The notes under the pieces: generated by a model
Told to the model about the DNA's origin: nothing
The model's database searches: none
The model's input: the letters and a program-made list of their open reading frames with translations, nothing else
NCBI GenBank assembly: GCA_000708835.1
Contig: DF237055.1
Span: forward strand, 124,001-188,000
DNA: 64,000 bases
DNA from: Klebsormidium nitens
Taxonomy: Eukaryota > Plantae > Klebsormidiophyceae
Direction: 5' to 3'
In this document: piece by piece, positions 12,201-22,400 of the stretch
Layout: each line of letters opens with the position of its first letter
Position numbering within the stretch: the stretch's first letter is position 1
Position numbers and translations under genes: made by a program

Positions 12201-14218
12201 CAGAGGAAGGCGTGCGGAAGATATGTTGCGGGCTGCGAGTCGGCGAGCTCTTCGAAGAGGGGGGCGGTCAGCTCCTGAAGAATTGAACGGGGTGAAAACA
12301 TTTTAGCAGATTTTCCGGATGAGAACTACAAATGCTGGAAACATTTTGGTTGAGGTCATCAAGGGACAGAAGATCAACGGATATATGAGAAGGATGCGGC
12401 TCGCATGGCAATGCAGGCACGCAGGTGCTAAGTGATAAGCTGGTCACAAAGCGCAACTTCCACAGAAAAGAAAACTTTTTAAACAAACAGGCCTCAACCC
12501 GCGCCAGCAGCTGAAGCCTCCTGATTTGAGGCCATTGTTGAAAAGCGTGTTAAAGGCCAGTGAAACCTGATGTTCAAATGCAGAGAGCCTTGAAGACAAA
12601 CTCTGCTTTTATCTTCATCTTCAAGTGTCCATTGACCCATGCAAACCAGCAGCGATCAGCTCCTATTGGATCATGATTTTCTTCGTCGGTAATGCAGGAT
12701 GACATAAATAATGTGGGGGACAAAGAATTTGAGAGGTTACCAAAACCAAAGCTCTGGAGCACGTAAATCGGGATGAGCGGAAGGAGCAAAAGCACAATGA
12801 CTCGTATGCTCCTGAACCAGTGCATGTCTTGGGCAGTCCAATCAGCTACAAACTCCTGGAAGGATGCTAACCCCACAATGTTAGGTATCCATATCAATGC
12901 TGTCGCCCATGAGTGGATAGCCCAAGCTAAAAACTCCTTGCTTTGTTAACACGGACACTGCTTCTTATCTCTGACAGGATCGGGTAAAAGAAGAAGGCTA
13001 CACTATCGCCAAAGCGAGTTGCGCTGATCAAGACAAAGTCTGTTTTCGAAAGTACGGCTGTGGCAGACCTCAAAAATAGGTCTGCACTGCGAGCAAGTAG
13101 ACAATCCAAATCTCCTCAATCAAATCGTACCCAAGCCAATGCCAAGCACAGGGGTTCGCGCACAAGGAAAAGAACTGAAGCCAACAATATTGCAGGGGAG
13201 CTCAAGTTTGCTGGGTTGGGTTGGGTTTGACCAACCGAGCCAGCTTGGGTTGCAACTGCAAATGGTTGTATAGAATGTGTATACAACCTCGCAGGATTTC
13301 GGACATACCGATGGCATGCACTATTCTCTGTTTAATGAATCTTCCAACAAAGCAAATACAGACCATGCAAGCATAAAGTTGGGACCTTTTCCCTTCCCTC
13401 CTTCCCCTGTTGGAAGATGGTTTGAGCAGCAAGAATACAGAAACCTTACAGAAAGCGCGTGAAAGCAAGGTGGGATTCCAGTTACACTACAACTCATCGG
13501 GTCTGTCTGTCCGCTAATGTCCTTCACCAACGTCAGCCCTCACGGACTGGAGGGGTGGTTAACAGCAATGTAAGAACAGATCACTGCAGATCCCTGATGA
13601 AACACAGAATACGCCTCACAAAAACACAATCAACATTGTGTTTGAGTGATGCGGTAAAAAAGGAAACGCAGCTTGCCCTTCAAGAGGGGATCCACAATAT
13701 TCAGAATCAGAATTTGGGAACGGAATTGTATTTTGAGACGAGGAGCTCTGCAAAGAGTTGTGTGCCTGAATTGAAGGACTCCACGTTGTGAGCTCACACA
13801 AGCTTTGAGACAAAATCGCTGACCAAAGTCAGAGACTTCAGCTCAACCATCTGTTGAAAGTGGTCAATCTCAGACTTTCAGGTTAAACAATATGCAATCA
13901 CATCATGCATGAAAGTGACAGAAATACTTGGCCTGCGACTACACAGGAATGTAGCGAACACTTTGCAGCAATCCCTTGCCAACAGGTCAACTGGCAAGAC
14001 TTTGAAAGTTTCAACTTGTTGTCAGAAGGTGATGCCCAGAGTCGTACCTGCAGATCAAGCGGCACCCCAAGTCTCTCCTGCACAAAGCCCTTGATCTGCT
14101 CGCCCACCGTCCCCCTGGGGTCCACATTGGGAATCACAATCCTCTGATCTGCCGGTGAAACCACCAACTGCCCCTGCTGTGCCGTATGATAGACCTGTAG
14201 CAGGACAGTGATCGCCAT
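9274..14218 (-). CDS. Protein with tandem divergent ubiquitin-like domains and a basic NLS-like motif
   Basis: Exons 14218-14048, 12274-11936, 11257-10955, 10557-10333, 9885-9274, all phase 0 GT-AG. UBL-like segments include MVVHVSTLDGREVSVVVSGRDRVRDVMVAVENRTGLPADQQK|VTFNGKTLDEAWLLWDAAVSHDSTLHVAP and RVFVETKAG...FLKE|MLCSLLSTPVHHQTLSSAG...DSVLDL. RKKRK precedes a fourth, partial UBL-like start. The 5' exon assignment is less certain. Confidence 0.72.
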
Positions 14219-14617
14219 ACCCCGCGGCGCTAATTTACACACAAACACCTCTTTTCTCAGCAGACCCAGACCACGATGCGCCTGCTGTCAGCTGGACTCC
14301 ATTGCCGGAGGAAAGTCCACGTCTTGTATTCATCCCTCGTCCATCTCTTGATCAGCTCAACCCTTGTGGTTGCAGCCGACCTTTTGCAGCTTCGAAGCTT
14401 CTGAAGTCTAGCAACCGCGAACAAGCTCAACAGCAGTTGCTCAGATACCGGTACCTACCGTACACGGTACAGAACACAGTGCACATGCACCCCGGAACGG
14501 TACCGTCTGGTCCAGTAGCGTAGACACGGACCACGGACCTCCACGCCGCACGGTACAATGTTCTCCGGTCCATCGTACGGTCGCTGTGCTTACGATACCG
14601 TACCATAGGTGATAGAC

Positions 14618-15172
14618 ATCAAGTTTACGACGCCCAAGGCTACGTTGCCCAATGGTAGCTACGATTTTCAACATTTGCCGCGATTCGGCGAAGGACCCCC
14701 CTCTCTGCCTAGACAACATTGGGGCGCTCGGGTGGAGGTCCCAGCGTTTCAGCGGCGGCCGGTCTGGGTCCAGGCCCGTTATCCAACCAGTAATCGGTGC
14801 TCCGCAAAGTGGCGCCGGTGACGATCGGTCGTACAACGTACAAGAGATGCCGGCCAACAAAAGCACCCGGGAGATTGAAGATGTCCACCGAGCCTGGAGG
14901 CCTGCGTACCAGGCGCTTAAGTCTACCGCGGTACGTACTGCCGAATTCACCGGGCCGTAGTGTCTAGAAAAGACATGCTCGGTAACCTGGAATTGTTGTT
15001 CCCCTTGGTACAAAATAGCGTGCAGTGAGGGTCTAGCCTTGAACCGTCAGATGACATCCGCTATCGATCGGAGGGCTCAAGTAGGCCACGCTGGCAAAAG
15101 CAGTGGCACGTCATCCTGTATCGAATCGTGACCAAGTTTGGGCGTCGTAGCCTTGGGCGTCGTAAACTTGAT
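14618..15172. mobile_element. MITE-like non-autonomous DNA transposon (~555 bp, 34-bp TIRs)
   Basis: ATCAAGTTTACGACGCCCAAGGCTACGTTGCCCA (14618-14651) is the reverse complement of 15139-15172 with 2 mismatches. No transposase is recognisable inside. Confidence 0.65.
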
Positions 15173-16489
15173 ACCTGTATCTATAATTCCAGCTCCCTGC
15201 CACCTGGCCCCTGCGCCTGTAATGTAGAAACAGGTACCGCGGGCCTTCACATCCCCGCCTGCAGGCCCGCTGGGGCGTGCGCAAACCCCTCGTAACCAAG
15301 TTGTCCACGTGGTCAGAATAGAGAGCGTTCATCGGCCTGACGATCTAGAAAACACGAAATGGGTTTGGCCATAACCAGAATGTAAGGTATCCAGCAGAGC
15401 TAAACGGTAAGTACCTTCTGAAGTACCGTAGTACGTGACCGGTATCCGGATTCCGAAAGTCATCCATTGCTGTGTGCACGGCTCCTGCCAGCTCGCTGCC
15501 TGGGATGCACGGTACCGGTAACACACATCCAATAGGTAGGACGGTAGGTACCTGGTGGACTCAGCCTTATACGGTACACCTAAAGCCGCCCGCTTTTCGC
15601 ATACGGTATAGAATTCAGAATGCAAGACAGACGGTAGAGTCGGGGAGACTCGGCTACAGCACTGAGCAGCTACCTAGTAGGTATACCTACCTATATCTCA
15701 TTAACCAATATGAGATATACCTATACGAAATGATGAGAGTACACGTGTCAAAGGGCGCCAGGTATGCCAACCATATGCCAGATGGCCACTTCTGAGCCCC
15801 AAAGTCCGGATAAGCAGGGAAATCTCGTTACAAAGCTCTCTGAATCGTCATGATGTTTGTGACCTGTCCTCGGGAAATTTACCGTACGGCAATGGGCAAT
15901 GATTACTCAAAGGGTAGCCGGCCGGCTCCGAGGCTCCGGAGTCCGGACGTTTCCCTAACTAAGGCCTAATGCTACCCGCGTTAATTAACGTCTTTCTGGC
16001 ACGCTTTCGGCGGCTGCGTGCGATCAGTTTGTATCCATGATCACTGGCATTGGATGATCTGTGATCATTCTAGGCCTTCCAAGCCTAATTCAAAACTCCA
16101 CACTACCGTCGGCAGCATGGTGAGCTAGCTGAGTGAAAACGTCTTCATCCCTTCCAAAGTAGCCGATTGTCGCAAATTGCAACACCACGAGCTCAATTTG
16201 TGCAGATGAATAGCCCAGAGTCATTCGCCCTTTTGAAATCCCAATGGCTTGTTCCAACTGTATTGTAAGTTGAAGTCAGCATTAATTTGCGCCTGAATCC
16301 CAACCAAAAGTCAGTTGAAGTCCTAGTCCCCTTAGACAGATGTAAACTGGAACTTGCATGGATGTACAAAGGTTAATGATACTCCGACCACAATCCACAC
16401 ACATTGGAATCATCCGGATTTGAGAGCCTGGTATCCGATCTCTGCTAGGACAACGCTTTTCTTGCTTTCCTTGCTTCTTCAAGAGTACT

Positions 16490-19400
16490 CTAGTCTCTCA
16501 GTTTGAGGAACATTCTCTTGAGGATCCTTGCTTCTTGCGAAACGGTCCTTGGGGCCGATTCACCCTCCCCTCGTCCCGCACCTGGCGCCCCGTAGCCGCT
16601 GCCTGGGTCGCCGTTGGTTATGCGGGTGGGAATACTCTTCCCGTGCAGGTCGGCCGCGTCGAGAAACGCCATAATCTCGGTGAAAGTCGCATCCTAGAAA
16701 TAAAAAGGAGCGTTAGACTCGGAGGCTGGCCTGAGCGAGAAGCTAGTTTCGGATCGAGGGTAATTTGACATTCTTCCGCAGGATCCGGCGATGATGGTTT
16801 GAACCAGACGCCATTTTCTTCAGCAATACTTTGTGTTTGGGCGGCTTTCCGGGCTGTTTGCAGAAAACCGAGAAAACACCTGGCCGATCAAAAGGAAGCC
16901 TCAACGAATAATTTTTGAACCCCCACGAGCATCCTTTGGGTGGTGGGATAAATTGAATACCTGTGGCTCGAGGCCTCCCCATCAGGCGCACATAAGACCT
17001 CCAAAAGTCAGGACGCACAAAGGCGATCCGGTTCGCGGAAATTGAACGGATCGCGGTGCAGCCCATAACACGGATACTGAGAGCAGCGAATCCTGGGATA
17101 GAAACGAGTCGTCGCTCACCTTGCACACGAGCATGTGTTTGGAGACGCTTTCTATGAAGGCCAGGAAGCACCGCTTGGCGTAGAACCACGTGTCCGTCTC
17201 GATCTTCTTTGCGTACGGCTCGAGGCTCTTGATGATCCGGCTGATCCCGAACTCGAAGTTTTGCTTGGCGCAGTACAGCGTACCGATCACCAGGTTGACG
17301 ATGCACAGGTGGAAGCATAGCTTATACGGGTCCTGCGACTGGACCTTCTCCTCTTCCTTCTCGATCTTGCGCATCAGCTCCTCAGCCGACTCGTTCTGCG
17401 GGGAAGCCAAGAGGATTTTAGGGGAGCGGGCAAAGCGTGTCAGGAACCGGAAGCTGTAGGGGTGGTTGACGATTGCAAAGAAGTCTCGTTGGCGCTTTGA
17501 ACAAGCACCGTGTTTGGACGTGCTGAGAACGGCTGCGCAATTATTATGAACCAATGGTGGATAGAGTGTTGTCATCCGGTGCGGACACACTTGAGTTGAA
17601 CGGAGCGCGGACGCAAAGGATTCAGCGTGAGCCAAATCCTCCGAAGTGCGGACAAGTCACAAGGACGGATGCGGACGGGAGCAGACGAGAGCGGACAGGA
17701 CCTGAGGCGGACGGAACGGGAACGGAACGAACTTGCCATCCGACATTAGCGGGCAAAAGCGGACGGGATGCGGACGAAAGCCTGAAACTTATGCATCAGC
17801 AACGCAGGCGCTACTGGACGGATTGGCGACGGCAGCGGACAAACTGCGGACAAAGTGCGGATGCGATAGAGATGCTTCAGAAAAGGTTTGGATGGAGCCG
17901 GACGGATGCGGGCGGGTTGCAGAGGTTCGTACCTGGCTGGTCATGATGTAGGAGACGCAGAGGTTGGCGAGAACGATGGCACTGACGCTGAGGATGTTGT
18001 CCGTGTGCTTTTGGACGATCATCTCGTAATACTTGAGCGCCTCCTTGAACTTGGTCTCCTGTACAAACGGAAAGGAAAAACGGGGAATGAGTTGAACAGT
18101 CGAAGAGGGATCAAAATGATTGGCATTGAGGAGTGCGAAGCAGGCGGCTGAGAGGGTCACATGATCGTCCCGTAGTCGTTGAGCGCCTCCTTGAACTTGG
18201 TCTCCTGTGACAACGGCAATCGAGGTTGGGAATCTCAAGAACGCAGACTCCTGACGTTATTGTCGAAGTACTAAAAGGCTTCCTTGAACCTGGTCTTCTA
18301 TGGAACAAATATTGAAGTCACTCATTGGAATCCTTATGTAAGTCGAAGATGACAGGGCTGCGGGGTTTGAAAAAGGGCGTCTGAGCAGGCAAGCCAATTC
18401 CTTCGTAATACTTGAGCGCCTCCTTGAACTTGGTCTCCTAGGGATGCAAGGAGGAGGGTCAGTGGCCGAAGTCTGAGAGTGTGAGGCGGCGGCTATAGAA
18501 AGGGGTGGAGTATTTTAAAGAGGGGGTCAGATTCCAAGGTGCCCGCACTTGAGACCTACGAGAAAGAGTCATCCACGGCCCACACTTTGCGTCGAGACCT
18601 TCGTCGGCGACTCAGCTAGTCCCGGAAGGATCAAGTTGGTCGCCCAGAGGATCGGGATCTTTCTAGGGCTGCCTGTCTGCGCGGCGCCTTCCTTTCGCAA
18701 CGAAGGCACTCTATGACAACGAATCTTTTGATTCTCACTTGGGTTCAATCTCGTCGCCGACTCCCAACAAGCGTCATGCAGGAAATGGCAAAGAAGCATG
18801 CCCCAAGCACAAGCAAGCAAAGCTCGCGAACCGCAGAGTGCATGGAAAACAAGCCACGTGTGCACTGACCTGCATGAAGAACGTGTGCGCGACGTTGAGC
18901 TTCCACGTGTCGTGCTCGGAGCAGAACTCGGCGGACTGGCGGAAGATGAGCTCCACCTGGCTGTAGTTCTCCAGGTCCCAGTAGATGCGAGCCATCGCCA
19001 TCAGCCCAGGAATGTAACTCTGCGGAGAATGGAGTTCAAGTATTACCACTCTATGATCAACGGCTGATGCCCCTCTTGAATAGTCGTCGAACCGCTGAGG
19101 AATGTCTTACCCACATCTATCTGTTGAGACTACACTTGCAGTCGAGAAGCCAATTCACGAGCAGACCTTTTATCACGATTGGACCTTGAAAATTCAGAAT
19201 CCCCTTTTAAGAAACAATCATCTCAGACTCCCACTTGAGTTTGACTCCCGCTCACCTCCAGTGCCTCGTCGTACTCGTTGATTGCCTTCTTGATTGCTTC
19301 GTTGTCCCTCGCTTTTCGGCCGTCCTGGATCGACTTGGTCAGCCGCCGAAGGACGTCCACGTGGCGGCTCGCCAGCTCGTCGTACTTCCGATACGCCTCC

Positions 19401-22400
19401 TGCAGCCGTCCGATCGACACGTAAGTGCCAGGACAAGGGTTTCAATTCCCCTGCGTGCTAGAGAAAGAAAGTTGAAGCACAAACACTCTGAAGCAAGCAC
19501 TCCCTTCAATAGTGATCGCGGAGACCCGCTCAAGATCCCCCTGGGATTTTTGAACGTAGACCTCGCAACAATGTTGGACAGTTGTTTGGAAGCAAGCTGC
19601 CAAGTTGAAGCTTCGAAGACGTTGACGCCTTCGCATGACGAGACGCGACGAATGAGATTATGCGCTTTCCGAAGCTACTGCGTTTACGCATTTCAGCGCT
19701 CCAGGGATATGGCTTTAAAGTAAAATGTTTAGAGGTTAAGAGTCCAGGAAATATGAGTTTAGGGTTCAGGGTTAAGCGCACCTCCGGCACGGTCTGCCGC
19801 AGAATGGTCGCGTCCAGGTAGTCGTACAGGTCACGTGACAGGTGCGTGTACGTCAGGTGCGTGTTCTCCGCCATGACGTCAGCGGCCAGATCGTAGAACT
19901 GGTGCGTCGGCTTGCAGTAGAGCAGCAGCAGGTTGCCGAACGTTTCAGGGGGAAACGGAGGGTTCTGCAAGGGGAGTTTGGGGAAGGACGAAGTCAGAGA
20001 GACTTGCAGGGGCAATAGTAGGGGCAAGCGGCAACGTTTAGTTGGCCGCTGTTACACGGGCCCATTACATTGAGAGGGAACGAAGCCACAGGTTTTCGGG
20101 CTTGGCTCGAGAAACCTTGAAAGAGCGCCTGAATGTCCAGCGTCGCTTGATTGTCGGTTTGCTGTGTTAACTCTCAGATCTGCTCTTAGGCGCTCACGCG
20201 CCTGGAGTCATCACCGCTCGCTCACCCACCTCAAGACGGTGAAATGCTTATAGGCCCATACCGGAAGAATAGAATAACCGCGCACTAAACCCCACCTCAT
20301 GGAAAAGATTGACTTTTCTGAGTCCGGTGGTCGGACCCTCGTCCATGCACATAAGCTCCTCATGGTCACTGGTTCAAAGCTTACCTCAAAATTGCTTGTA
20401 AGCTCTTGCTGATTTACCCGAAGTGATAAGCGCTCGCTAACCCACCTGAAGAAGGAAGTCAAGCTTCCTAAATCCGGTCGTCGGGTCCTCGTCCATATAC
20501 ATAAGCGCCTCGTTGTGCAACGTCACCAGATCAAAACCCGCCCCTTAAGCCCTCAACACTGCTCATAAGCGCTCACTAAATCTTATTAACCGCTCACTAA
20601 CCCACCTGAAGAAGGAAGTTGAGTTTCCTAAACCCGGTGGTCGGGTCGTCGTCCATGTACATAAGCGCCTGATTGTGCAGCGTCACCGGATCGAGCTCCT
20701 CCTCTGACCGGGGCGGCATGTCGTTCAGCGCTTCCTTAGCCGCGTCCGTGCTTTTCATGACGTATTCGATGGCGGCCTTCAAATTGAACGCCTCGATGAG
20801 CGCGCTCTCGCGCAGCGTCTGGCTGTTGCCCACGCTGCGGACCTCCAGGCCGTCCATGTAGCTGCGGACACAAATTGGACGGTCAATTCGGACGGTTTTC
20901 TAGTCCAGGCCGTCCAGTAGCTGCGGAGGGATCACAACGGGCGTTCGATTCGGGCGTTTTCCAATCGAGGCCGTCCAGTTGCTGTGAACGGACACAAAAT
21001 GGACGGTCGATTCCAACACTTTTCAAACCAGGCCGTAAAGTGTAAATTTGATTTTAAAGCGGACGGTCGATGCGGACGCTCCTTGAAGTGTCTGGCTGTT
21101 GCCCACGCTGCGGACCTCCAGGCCGTCCATGTAGCTGCGGACACAGATCGGACGGTCAATTTCGGAAGTTTTTTTATCCAGGCAGTCCAGTAGCTGCGGA
21201 AGGACCACAACGGACGTTTGATTTGGACGTGTGTCGATCCAGGCCGTCCATGTAGCTGCCGACGCAGAACGGACGGTCGATTCAGACGTTTTTCAAACCG
21301 GCCGTGAAACTTTGCTTCGGTTACAAACGGACGGTCAATGCAGACGCTCCCTAAAGTATCTGGCTGTTGCCCACGGTGCGGACCTCCAGGCCGTCCATGT
21401 AGCTGGGGACGACAAATCGGACGTTCGGATCGGACGGGTTTGGATTATTGGCCTCCACTTAGCTACGGACACAAGACGGACGCTTGATTTCGACGTTTTG
21501 CGACTCAGGCCGTCACTTAGCTGCAGATGGAGACGAAACTGACGGTCATTCCGACCTTTTCAATTCGGCCATAAATCTTTGCTTCGAATACAAAACGGAC
21601 GGTCAATGCGGACACTCCTTCAAGTGTTTGGCTGTTGCCCACGCTGCGGACTCCAGGCCGTCCATGTAGCTGCGGACACAAAACGGACGTTCATTTCGGA
21701 CCATTTTCAAGACGGGCGTCGTGAGACCTGTAACGCTTTGGCCACCAGATTGCCCGCATGCAGTATTCCGGGTCGCTCGGACCTCAAGGGCATCCATTTA
21801 CGTACCTGCCCAGACAAAACGGACCTTCGATTCGACAGATCTCTTCAGGCCGTCCACTTAGTTGCGGACACAAAGCGGACGGTCACTTGGGCAGTCTTCT
21901 AAGGGCGTAAAATGGATGTTTAAATTGGACAGTCGAGAAATAGGCGTCTCTGATCCAAACTGCGGTTGGAACCGGATAGGTCGAGACTTGGGAGTAGCAC
22001 GACGTGTCTACGCCCCCTCATGCACAGTTGAAAGGTCACGGACGTAGCCGAGCGTTCCATCCCGAGTATTGGACCGTTGAACCCGGTAGATGCGCATTTT
22101 GAGAGATTGCATTTTAGACGCCACTTCAAAGCTCGGCATCACCATAATCTCGTATCAAAGGCATAGGAGTGTTGAAGGGTCAAAAGAAAGGGGTATTCTA
22201 GGCAGTGGACGCCACTGGGGGGCCAACGTGTTGTTTCCCTCGAAGAGAGTCTTTTGACCAACCCAGGGCCGCCTTTCGAGCGGGGGCGGTTTCGCATCTT
22301 TTCAGAATGCGATTTGTTCTGCCCGGTCAAATATTCTGCAAAATCCACATGCTAGCTTCAACGGCCAGCGCAATTGTGGATTTCGAAGAGACTCACCTGC

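Noticed and set aside
16743-17120. Lys/Arg-rich minus-strand extension that might be a ribosomal protein fragment
   Set aside because: No conserved motif; lies in the last IFT70 intron.
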